DNA from: Gordius albopunctatus
Lineage: Eukaryota
Assembly: GCA_964276515.1 (NCBI GenBank)
Contig: OZ193910.1
Coordinates: forward strand, 4,030,001 to 4,094,000
Direction: 5' to 3'
DNA length: 64,000 nt
The first letter of the stretch is position 1, and each line of letters begins with the position of its first letter. Both the position numbers and the translations under genes were made by a program. The notes under the pieces were generated by a model. The model made no database searches and was not told the DNA's origin. It was given only the letters and a program-made list of their open reading frames with translations. Below are positions 38,190 through 50,220 of the stretch, in pieces.

Positions 38190-40060
38190 TTTTAGAGTCA
38201 AAAGAGCGCACTAAAAGTATGTTCAAAATGTTTCGGTAATACCAAGTGAAATATTGGCCTGCCAACACAAGCTGTTAGTGATGGACTTTATATTAAAGGG
38301 CCTTAAAGGGCAAAAGGTACAAAGAGTAGCCGCTTCTATACAATGGAGGAAACTAAAGGATAATATTCAACATCTTCAGGAACAAGTCATTAAATATGGT
38401 GAATTTAAGGAAAATACTTCATGTGAGGATCAATGGAATGGTATAGCTGCCACAATGCGAAAAGCGCGACGACAAATACCAGGAGAAAGCAAGCCCACTA
38501 AAAGAATTCTCAAGGAGACGTGGTGGTGGAATGAAGAAGTGCAAAAATGTATTAAGGAAAAGAAGAGATTGCACAAAGTTTGGTATTAAAGCAAGGATAG
38601 TAATGATAAGCAAGCCTACCAAGTAGCTAAAAGATCGACTATAAAATTCGTAGCCAAAGCTAAAAACAAGGTTTACGACGATATAAATGCATAACTAAAC
38701 TCAAAGGAAGGAGAAAGATTGATCTAGAAAATTGCAAAGTCAAGGGCCTGAAATTCTAAAGATTATCTAGAATGCCGGCTAATAAAGGGTCAAAAGGGAG
38801 AAATACTAACACACTACAGCCATATACTACAAAGATGGTACGACTATTATAGCGATTTATCAATTGAAAAGGGGCCTGTAATCGAAGACACTAACCAGGA
38901 AAATACAATAGGAGAATTAAACACAGCGGACTGGAACACGGAAACGGAAGTCAAAGTTGCTAAAAGAGAAGAGGATTTGCACATGTGTTTCATCGATCTA
39001 GAAAAAGCGTTCGATAAAGTTCCTCGTAATTTAGTTTGGAAATGCCTTGAAGAAAACAATGTGAAAGAAGTATACGTCAGAGCAATAAAAGATATGTACA
39101 AGGGAAATAGAAGTACTTTAGAACAACGGTGGGGACTACAAAGGGCTTTGTCATTAACACTGGAGTCCATCAAGGTTCAGCTCTTAGTCCCTTCTTATTC
39201 ATAATGATAATAGATAATATTACAAAGGATTTGGGCGAGGAAGCTCCTTGGGCAATGATCTTTGCAGACGATATAATCCCCTGTGTCAAAAGTGAACAGA
39301 ACAAGAATTGGCTAATACTGTAAATAGATGGGTAAATGCAATAGAAGAAAGTGGTCTCAGGGTAAATCGAAAGAAAACAGAATACATGAAGACAAAGTTT
39401 AAATCGGATGAAAACCAGCAAAGTTCATCCCTTACCTTAGGCGATTGGCAACTTACAAGCGTGGATTCCTTCAAATATTTAGGATCAACACTTCAATTGG
39501 ACGGTGGAATGGATAAAGAAATCCAAGCGAGGATAAATTCCGGATGGCTCAAGTGAAGAGACTTGACAGGTGTTCTGTGTGACAAAAACATCCTGAGAAG
39601 ACTAAAAGGCGCATTGTATAACACCATCATACAGCCAACAGTCCTGTATAGCTCGGAATCATGGGCTATACGTAAAAGAGAAGAGCTAAGTCTTGCGGCC
39701 ATGTAGATGAGAATGCTAAGATGGGTGCTAGGAGTAAGCAAAAAGGACCATAGGCGAAATAAAGAAATAAGAAGAATTTTAGTTACTACATCAATTGCGA
39801 CAAAGCTCCTAACAAATAGACTAAGATGGTATGGCCATGTCGAAAGAAGGAACGATAGCTACGTAGGAAATAAAATCGAAAAGATAAATTTCGCAAGAAA
39901 ACGAAGGAGAGAACCCTAAGCTCACCTGTATTCATAAAATACGGCATGATATGAAAGTCTACAAGATAAAGATCTATGTAAACATAGAAACAAATAGAAA
40001 CGAATGCTGGAAGGACTGACCACCAGCCTAGGTGAAAAGCAGTCATAGAAAGAAGAAGAA
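38190..40060 (+). mobile_element. RTE-clade LINE family B; 5'-truncated, internally deleted and frameshifted
   Basis: ETWWWNEEVQ, FIDLEKAFDKV, GVHQGSALSP, FADD, FKYLGS, RLRWYGHV; (GAA)n tail. Confidence 0.92.
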
Positions 40061-40197
40061 TAATAATAATAATTCATAAACCCTTAAAATGAGGATAACT
40101 TCTTTTTATTATTAAGCCTTTGATTATTTTTAATAGCTTCAATTTTAATCAAATTTTTACCCAGCTATTGTATTTTCACATTACAACAAATATTAAA

Positions 40198-41000
40198 TTA
40201 ATAAGCTAACATCGAGCCATGGATTGAGATTGTAATAGATTTTACTATTTCCATGGTGATTTTTCGCTTGATGTAGAAAAATTCTTTGGGATCGTGTGTG
40301 ATGGAGGTTATAAATTTTGATGTTTGTTTAAGGAATTGGCTGCCCTCGGGACCTAAATTACTGAGGGTCGTGGCTACTACTGGTACAAAAATAATATTGC
40401 TGAAGTATTTGTATTTTTCTACTTTCTTTCTCTCGGTAGAAGAGATGAGGTCGGGAGAGACATTAGATTTGGCAAATATATCCACTGTAGTGAAGTCCCA
40501 GCAGGCGTTTAGGCCACGAGCCCACGGGATGATTTTTACACCGTCGGGTGTTTTACCGTCAGTGGAGCTTAGACCAGTTGGTTTCATTGAATTAGGAAAT
40601 CCGGCTTTCTTCAAACATCACGGAGATGCCGCCCCTTGCTGTATTGGCAATGTAGAGGATGGTGGCCGTTTGCTAGAATGGGTTGGCGACAGAGGTCGCA
40701 GTTGAATGGGGACACAATGTCGCAGCCGAGGCGTAGGCTTACAGTTATTCGAAGTTCCTCGCCTAACAAGTGAACCATAGGTTTTGGCTTGGTAGGGCCT
40801 CAAGCCATTCGTAACCCCCGGAAGATGCCCAATTGAAGTGGGGATTTCCCAAATATAGGTTGTTCGAAGTGAGGTAAGCTACGGAGCGTGCTATCAGTGG
40901 TAAATCCCATTCCTTTAGGGTGGTTCCAGTTGGGTGAGTTGCGGAATCCAGTTTGAGGTCTTCCCATTTAGATTTATTTGTTAAGAAATTTAAAGATAAC
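40198..41000 (-). mobile_element. 3' fragment of a CRE-like non-LTR retrotransposon with restriction-like endonuclease
   Basis: WLEALPSQNL, then PTGLSSTDGKTPDG..IPWARG.NACWDFTTVD..E.KK..KY...FVPV...LGPEG (PD-(D/E)XK-type RLE). Confidence 0.8.
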
Positions 41001-42824
41001 GTAACATAAAATAGCATTGTTTTTTCTCACGTTGATTATTTACAAATTATTATTTTTTTTAAAATGTTTAGTAGGCAACTTTCAGTTTTATTGAATATTT
41101 ACTATTGTTTGTTAAGTGAGCGCGATTATTATTTATTGCGTTAATTCTTGTGGTAATATCACTGTTGGTATTAATCAAATTAAAAGAATAGAAAAGGTTT
41201 TTTTTCTTAAAAGTAAAGATAGACGACGTTGTTTTATATGCAAAGAGGTCATGTTAAGGAAAATTGTTTTTTGAGACGGAAAATCTTTGGTCAACGAGTG
41301 CATAATGATCCATATTTTGATAGAGTACATCGAGTAGGACCGATGCTTAACGATTGTTGTAAACATAATTGTAGATGTACTGAGGAGGATCCGCGTTCTG
41401 TCCGGGAAAGGGCAGGGTCATCTAATACTTATAATTGACAACTAACTGCTTCTAACACGGTTATTACGCCAAGATTAGTATTTATAAATTTTTAAAATTC
41501 CTCACAGACACCTTATGTAAATATTAATATTGAGAGTATCGATTTGAGTTTCCTCGTAGATAACGGTGCCTCTATTACTATTATGTCTCGTAAGATTTTT
41601 TTTAAATGGTGGACCAATAGACATATTGATAAAGCTAACATAATTGCCAGACAATTAAATGGCACTAATATTAATATTCTGGGTAGCAGTAAAGTTAGTG
41701 TGTGCGTAGCAGAAGTAATGTCAAAATTGGAATAATATGAAATTGAGGATAAAGTTGATAATATAATGGGATGGAATTGGATTCGGATTTTGGGTCCTAT
41801 TACAAATTTGTGGGGTATATGTAAACAAAATAAAGTTTATAAATGTAAAAGGCATTGTATAAATATTTTATGGAAATGCCAGAGAATTTTTTAGAAATTG
41901 AATCTACCAAGTCGGTTAATAAGGTAATGGTTTCTAGAAAAGGGCTTAAAACCTTGCTTTTTTGTGGCACTTAACTCCGTTAATGAGTCAACCTCGATTT
42001 TTGAGGAGCGAAATTTTTCTATAAGCCTCGGAACCTCGGTTTCCGTAAGTGGTGTCGTTAGGCATAAATTTGAATTATTGCTAGTTAAAATTGATAACAT
42101 TAGAAAGTAATATAACCACGTTTTTGTCCTCCTAGACGCATTCCATTAATGTGGAAAGATGAAGTGCACCAAGTTTTAGATAATTGCCTTAAAGATGACG
42201 TAATAGAACCAATCGAATTTTTGGAATGGGCCACTCCCCTTGTTCCATTTAAAAAAGTGACGGTACTATTAGGGTTTGCGCAGATTATCGCGTTACAATT
42301 AATAGATGGGTCCTTGATGTTAAATATCTTTTGCCTAGATTAGAAATGGTTCTAGCTAATCTAAAAGGTAGTAAATACTTTTCAAAGTTAGATTTACCCA
42401 ACGCTTATCTTCAACTTCGTGTAGATGAAAAATCTGCTAGTTTATTAATAATTAACACGGATAAAGGTCTCTATTTTTTTAAGAGGTTACCATTTGGTTT
42501 AAGCGTGTCCGCATCTATTTTTCAAAGGGCAATGGCATCTATAATTAATATTAAGGATGGTGTATATTTTTATTTGGACGATATATTAGTTACAGGTTCA
42601 AACATAATTTACGTCTAGAGAAGGTGTTACATTTAATTAAAATTAAAAATTTACGAGTGTCTGCTAATAAATGTAATTTTGGTACTGACCAAGTATTAAT
42701 TTATTTAGGTCATGTATTATCAGATGGTTTTGTTAAACCTAATTTGAAAAAGATACAAGATATAAAAAATATAAATAGGCCAATAGATAAAAAAAACTTT
42801 CATGGTTTTTAGGTTCAATAAATT

Positions 42825-45800
42825 TTTTTTTCCTATAGCTGTTTGTCACATTTAGTGGTCAGCTCCTTCAAGTAGGTTCTCCATGTATTCCTGCGCTTAC
42901 ACCAGCTTCGCTTTAGCTCGTACCTTCTCAAGTCCATATCAATTTTATGCTTTCATGTCAGTTTAGGCCTCCCCCTTTTCGCTTACCTTCGACTTGCACT
43001 TTCTTGATGCGATTTGCCAAGTGACTTTCCTCCCGTCTCTCCAAATGGCCATACGATCTCAATCTTTTCACCACCAACCTTCTCTGAATCGGAACTACAT
43101 TTAGTTTATCCCTTATGTCATTATTCCTTATATGGTCCTTTTTGCTTATTCCTAAGATCCAGCTCAACATTCGCATCTCCATTGTAGCCAAGCTTTGCTC
43201 CTCTTTTGCCTTAATTGCCCAGGTTTCCGCTCCATACAATACCGTGGGTATAATAACTGTGTTATATAACCCTCCTTTCAATTTGAGTGGTATGTGCTTG
43301 TCACATAGGACACCACTAAACTCCCTAAATTTTAGCCAGCCTGCGTTTATTCTTGCCTTAATTTCGTTTTCCACACCTCCATCACATTGTACCCTAGAAC
43401 CAAGATATTTGAATTCCTTCCTACTGCTTAAACACCAGTCATCGATTTGCAGATGTGCTTCTCTATATTCATTCACCGACTTCAAGCATATATATTTTGT
43501 TTTATCTCGATTGACCCTAAGGCCTTTGCTTTCAATTCGTTCCATCCACACTTTTACCTGCTCTGCTAATTCCACGTTTGAGCCTGCGGACAGGACGATA
43601 TCATCCGCAAAGAGCATTGCCCAAGGTGATTCGTGTTTCAGGTTCTTTGTTATCGAATCCATTGTTGTTATGAAGAGCAATGGATTTAGGGCCGATCCTT
43701 GATGCACACCGACATTTAGAATGAATCCCTTTGATGTACCACTGGATGTCCGTACTTTGGTTTTTGCGTTTTTATGCATATCCTTTATTAACATTATATA
43801 AGCCTCGCGTACACCATTGGAACTCAGACTATCCCATATTAACTGCCTTGGCACTTTATAGAAAGCTTTCTCAAGATCGATGAAACACATATGAAGGATC
43901 CTTTTGTTTTTCCTTATATACTTCCATTGTATTGAATCTGAAGTCAACTTTCCAGGCATGAACCCAAATTGTCGTTCATATATTGATATTATTTTTCGGA
44001 GTCTAGCTTCTATAACCTTTTCCCACACCTTCATTACGTGACTCGTTAACTTTATTCCTCGATAGTTGTTGCATTCTTGTAAATTTGCCTTCATTTTATA
44101 GATAGGTATAACATTGCAAGTATTTTTTTAAACAGCTTTGCAAGTAGATGTACACCTAAGGTTCCTAGCATTTGGAAAGCTTCCATAGGTATATTATCAG
44201 GTCACACCGCTCTATCCATGGTCATCTTTTTAAGCACCTGGTCAACCTCTTCTTCTGTCACTTCTAACTCTGGGTCATATTCATAGTTCTTGCTATCGCA
44301 GTAGTCCGAAAACACATTTTCACTGTTTAATAATTCTTTATAGTATTCTTCCCAACGATCTATGATTTGATGGTCCAGAGTTAGAGTGATGCCATCTTGG
44401 CTCTTTATGGTTTTCACGTTTACTACATCCTTTGAATTCCTTGCCCTGGTTTTTGCGATTTTGTAGATCATTCTTTCCCCTTCTTTACTGTTTAGCTTGG
44501 CATCACAACATTTTGCCTCATTTTTAGCTTTAACACATGCCAATCGTGTTTCCTCATTTCTGTTGCCTGACAATAATTTGTAAAGCTTTCTTTTCAATTT
44601 GACCAGGCGTTGCACGTCTTCGTTCCACCACCATGTCTCCTTATCATTTTGTATACCTGGTTTATTTTCTCCTAGAACACACCTCGCTACTGATCTTACC
44701 GTGTTATTTATGTTATTCCACATATCGTTAGCATTCTGCTGATCATCTATTTGCAGCCGTTCAACTATTTGATCATTGTAAATGTCTTTCAATTTTGGTA
44801 GCCGGAACCATTTGATTTTCCCATTTAATCTCTTCGACTTTTGTGTTTTCGCTTTAGAGATGGTATAGTCCATCACAACAAGTCTATGCTGGGCGGCAAT
44901 AGCCTCACCTGGTATCACCTTACAATCTCGTACATTCTTTATTTCCTTTCTTGATATTAGGAGAAAGTCAATCTGCGAAGATCAATTTCCACTTTTGTAC
45001 GTTATTAGGTGATTTACATTCTTTTTGAAGAAGGTATTTGTGATGGCCAAATCAAATGCAACGGCTATTTTCAATATTTCGTTGTCTTCATTCTTTCTCG
45101 CTCCGTAGCCATTTCCACCATGGTACCGTTCAAATCCTTCTCTTGTTTTACCTACGTGACCATTCATATATGCTCAAATTATAACTATCTCGGCTCTGGG
45201 TATCATTCGCAGCATTTCGTCTAATTCTTCCCGAAATTCCTCCTTTTCTTCATCTGTGCATCCGGTTTGCGGAGAATATCCGTAAACTACATTAATCAAT
45301 TGATCTTCTATGCATAGTTTCAACATCATTAGTCACACACTTTTTCTTTCTACCTCAATGATTTTATCTTGCAGATGTGAGGCTAGTATGATTGCCACGC
45401 CGTTTTTATTCGTTTCAAGGCCATTGAAGTAAAGTTTATAGCCTTCACCTATCATCCTTGCTTTTGCGCCTTTCCATCTTGTTTCCTGTATACACGCTAT
45501 ATCGACCCCTCGCTTGCTGAGGGTGTCAGCAACTTCCCGACATTTTACAGTCATAGTTCCAACATTTAGCGAGCCCACTCTCAATCTCGTCCTTAGTAAA
45601 CTAGTTTCTTTAACTAAATCCGTTTGCGGAAGATGTAGTGACTCTCGTTGACTTTTCACATGGTATGGGCGCCTACCATGCGCGTCGTTTACGTAGGACG
45701 CCCTACCATTTTCATTACTTTCATTAGTGACGCTCGGCTATATAGGCCTGACAGCCGTGTTGACGATGTAAGATATTTTTAAACTTTGAAATAAATGCCG

Positions 45801-45863
45801 GAGGTGGAATCGAACCGGCAACCTCGCGCTTCAAAGTCTAAACTTATACTCACTACACCACCA
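42825..45863 (-). mobile_element. Near full-length RTE-clade LINE family A (APE + RT) with tRNA-like 5' head, inserted in the Gypsy pol
   Basis: GSLNVGTM, IACIQETRW, NYRGIKL, GVHQGSAL, LFADD, FKYLGS; oligo-A tail; TSD CAATAAATT at 42816-42824 and 45864-45872. Confidence 0.93.
45796..45863 (-). other. tRNA-derived segment (A and B boxes) at the 5' end of the RTE
   Basis: Minus strand TGGTGGTGTAGTGAG...CTTTGAA...GCCGGTTCGATTCCACCTCCGGCA. Confidence 0.7.
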
Positions 45864-45947
45864 CAATAAATTAATTGAAAATTATAAAAATTATTCTGGT
45901 CCTCTTTATGAGTTTTTTTTAAAGTAAAACTTTTTTTTATTAAATGA

Positions 45948-47300
45948 AACCATAAACAACTATTAAAATCATATGAGAGGTAAACATTCGAAAATTGCGA
46001 TAGCGTTGAAATGACAAATAATGATTCCGATTTTCTGTACCTCGATCCTACCAGAAAGAGACGTGGAATACCTGGGCCTAAGGTTAAACTTCGAGACCCA
46101 TATGATCAAATGCACGGCAGAAACACAGACCCGGCTAGGATATGCGGCGGACATCCTCTTACTCTACCTCGCCGCGACAGCCCCCCTAGTGGACTACTCG
46201 TTACTAGAGGCACTGGGAGTCCTCAACTATTTCTTCTATAATTTTACAGGGATGTCAAAGCTCTTCACAATATTCTACGCAATCTCCGCAGGGAAAGGCA
46301 TGACCCATGACAGGTCGGCGGCCCAAAAGAAATTACAGGGATGTCTAGCGCTCCTCACGCAAGTAGTCCCGCTATACAGGGAAAACTATACTACAATTTA
46401 TGCCATCCGACTCACATATTGGGATTTCATGGGAAGGCCTCAACTTCTCTATCACGTTCCAGGAAGCAGCAGAAGCAATCGGGCTCGACTGGATAAACGT
46501 CGGGCACATCACGGCAATCGAAACGCTGGCAGCTATTTACGCGTATCTCCACGCATACCACAACGGGTACCGATATCCAAAGGTCCTAACCGATTCAACG
46601 ACGGCCTACTTCGTCATTAGAAAAGGAGCATCTAACTCCCCCATAGTAGAAAAGATAATCGTGTACTTCGTGGCCTCGTACGACCTATCTCACCTCCTTA
46701 GGTTAAACTTCAATTTGAGATGGACATCAACCGATACGAACCCACTGGACGACCTCTGACGGAATTGGTGGCCACTAGAGCGATACACCGTACCGACCCA
46801 GCTATCATTCGCAAACGATATCGAACTACCGGACCTAGAGAACATACAAGACGAGATCAACATGGGATTCTGGGAAAACAAAAATTTCAGCGAATCGGAC
46901 GGGGAAAACAGAACAAACCCCCCAGGCACGTGAACCGCACCTATATAAACGCGAAACATCCACCATTTTCATTCGCTCTTTTTTCTTGTTCTCGCGCTAT
47001 TTAAGCACTTTGCCCCCGTTTTTACCACTCGCTTATTTACTCTCAAAATTTCGTTTTTTATATGACATATGTGTATAGTAGTATTATTGGAGTAACAATA
47101 AAAGCCCCTGGTGAAACAACTGCGTAACCATCTCGCGCTATTTACTCACTTTGCCCCCGTTTTTACCACTCGCTATTTTACTCTCAAAATTTACTCCTTT
47201 CCTCCCTAGATGTCGAAAGCCACAGGAAATAAAGGAAAAGACGGGGAGCACTCCCTCACTAGTCCTAGAACCTCGATGAGCTCTGTTAGACCAGGGATGA
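45948..47300 (+). mobile_element. DIRS-like or hepadna-like retroelement fragment (RT C-terminus + RNase H + promoter/repeats) nested in the Gypsy
   Basis: SILPERDVEYLG, LEALGVLNY, HITAIETLAAI, VLTDSTTA, WTSTDTNPLDDL; ATGA on both flanks; the Gypsy pol resumes at ~47301. Confidence 0.75.
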
Positions 47301-50220
47301 TAATTTGGATAAATGTTTGAATTTCTTAAAAAATGTTTTATTAACGGGTCTGATTCTTAAATGCTTCGATCCCTATAAAGAACATATTTTAAAAGTTAAT
47401 GCATCCAACACGGATATTGGTGGTGCTTTATGTCAGATAGAAGATGAAATAGAGCATCCTGTTATTTATTTTTCTCGCAAGCTTACTAAGGCTGAACTTA
47501 ATTATTCAGTTATAGAGAAAGAAGCTGATGGTTTATGGTTTAAAACGATGTCGAGAATATTTAATTGGTAAGTCGTTTACATTGTTTTCCAATCATAAGC
47601 CATTGGTAGCTTTATTTGATAAAATTAATACGGAATTTTGAATGTTGCCTCGACTTCAGATATGGTTTTTAACTCTTGGTAATTTTCATTAACTTTAAAA
47701 TATCGAGAAGATAAAAGTAATCATTTGGCTGATGTTTTATCTCGAATGAGTACGAATAATATAACTAAGGAGATATATGTTATAAATAATAATTTTGTTA
47801 ATTTAATAAAAGTCATTGACCTTGACGATATTGTCAAAAGTCCAGAGAATAATGCTGAATTACCAAATATTAAACAAATTATTACAGGTGTTAGAGATAT
47901 TCAAAATGTAACTGTAGATTTTTAACATGTAATTAAGGAGCTCTATATTGAAGATAATTTAGTTAAACGCAATGATAAGCTGGTAATTCCTGTTGAGCTG
48001 CGTAGTAACATTTTAAGCATTTTGCATGAAGGCCATGCAGGCATAGTAAAAATGAAGGAGCTCGCTACATTATATGTCTGGTGTCCAAAGATTACAAGGG
48101 ATGTTGAAATCTATGTTCGGCAATGTCCTATGTGTAAATTAAAGGCAGCCATGCAACGTAGGGATAATAAGGCTCGATGGCCTCGTGCAGATGGTCCCTG
48201 GAGTAGAATTAATGTTAATTTTTTTAATTTAATAAAAAGAGGTATATATTAGTGGTAGATGCATATTCATGAATGACTGAATTTTAACTAATACACAATA
48301 TATCTACAAAGGTTACTGTAATGTATTTAAAAGAATTAATTGGTTCATACGGAAAAGCGTTTACAAGTGTCGATTTTAAAGATTTTTGTAATAATTGGAA
48401 AATAACTCACTTTTTAACGCCGCCGTATCATCCTAGTTCTAATGGACAGGTTGAGAGATACGTAGCAATTGTTAAAAATGGTTTGAACTGGCACAAACAA
48501 ATAAAAGGGTACATGACATGATTATGTCGATTATATCATAACATGACGCTGAGATTTAGACGTTTGTCAGTTGGTGTTGAGTTTTTTGGTCATAATTTAC
48601 GTTTTTCGTCTGATTTTTTGCTGGATAGCAACTTTAAACATGATTTAACAGGCAAGACCAGATATAATATTGATGAACTTGTTTGGTCGAAAAATTATTT
48701 AGGTTAGGCTAGGTGGGAGTTATCTAAAGTAATTGACCATGTAGTTAATAATATTTACAAAGTTAAGTCATTTGAGACTGACAAGATTGAAACTAGGCAT
48801 TTCGAACAACTATTACTTTATTCTGTCTAATATATATATATATTTTATTATATTTTATAGATGGACGTAATCGAGTCGTGGTACCTAGTTAGATTAGTGG
48901 TGGAACGGTTGGCCGGAGTACGTCCTCCGTGGCCGTTACACATATCGTTCGTAATTGGGATGGGTCGAATTCCACGAATTACATTTTTCGCCGAATCCTG
49001 TCAATAGGGGTCCGGGGATGCCCCAGGCATTCACGAGGAATGATGGTGTAAACCGGCAGGCACCTGTTGTTGTAGATGCTTTTACGCTTATGCAAATAAA
49101 TGAGAGAAATAAGGCTTAAAGCAATGGGTGTGCGATTAAAATATTCTGTAAACGAATATGCAAATGGCAGGCCTCAAGTTAGTGGAGCCGTGCAGTATAT
49201 CGAACTGTCGGGAAGCATCCCTCATTCAAATGAGGAGGGCATCGACAGGGTTTAAATAGCGGGTATTTTGCCATGATAGAATCAGTTATTTAATTTGTTA
49301 TTTAGTCCTGCGGAAGCAGTTATTTGTGTGTTTTCTACTCGTTCGTCGTGTGGGACGGGAGGGATATTTTATTTCCATATTTAGATCACGTTGGTCCAGC
49401 GGTAGCATGAACGAAGAACCAAACGGTCTCCCTTGCCCAACACCTCCAATTACTCGTAGATGGCACTAATTCTAACAGATGGATCTCACGGCAATTTCTC
49501 CGCGGCCATCGTCCACTCCATACATTTATATATAAAAAAATTATTGTCTGATTCTTTATTGATTTATATTGTTATAACCCGGTGGTACAATTTTATTTAT
49601 TAGAATAAAGGATTTAAAACGAGAAGCTGCGGTTATATAACCTGCAAATATACACAGGCGTGATAACCGCCAGCGCCCACGTGGCGTCAACCGGAGGCGT
49701 TGTTGGGAATGCCAGCGATGGCATCGCCTACCAATGTGTCAACCCTCGGGTGCTAATTTAAGTATTAATACAAGTACCTTGCCTGTTAGAGGGCGGGTGG
49801 TCACACCCAAGGTGCAGACCAGAGAGTCGGTAACGATTGTTGTTGGCAGCACACTGGTAACCCCTTTAGTTGCAATAACCTTGACAGGTGGTCTGCAAGG
49901 GCAGTGATCAGCTTGTAAAAAGGAGGGGGGGGGGTGTAGCATATATGCATGCTGATTAAAAATTATTTTAAATTTATCCTCCTCTTCCTTCCATTTTGCG
50001 TTAATCATCGTTAATTTATCCTCCTCTTTCTATTTGTGAAAATAATCGTGGAGCCATAAAAAGATATGCTATTTTTGTAACACGCGCGTACTATCTCTAT
50101 TATTATTTTGGAGAGATGATTATCTGAATTGTGATTATGAAATATATTATCGTATTCGAAATTATAATTATCATTATAAGTTTTTTGGAAAACTTGATCG
50201 AACAATTGTCAATATATAGA

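Larger units (their letters stand above)
41200..49940 (+). mobile_element. Degenerate Ty3/Gypsy LTR retrotransposon interrupted by two insertions
   Basis: CCHC knuckle (~41230-41270), protease FLVDNGASITI, RT SKLDLPNAYLQ/RLPFG/YLDDILV, RNase H FSRKLTKAELNYSVIEKEA/ADVLSR, integrase HEGHAG..C..C and TPPYHPSSNGQVER; purine tract 49917-49934 followed by TGTAGC; no paired LTR seen. Confidence 0.88.

Noticed and set aside
41020..41200. 5' LTR of the Gypsy element
   Set aside because: No match to the sequence after the polypurine tract and no primer-binding site seen
43115..43702. 195-aa plus-strand ORF and similar ORFs at 39493, 50546, 51113 and 40286
   Set aside because: Antisense shadows of retrotransposon coding sequence
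45796..45863. Functional tRNA-Gln gene
   Set aside because: Acceptor, anticodon and T stems pair poorly, and it lies inside a TSD-bounded LINE
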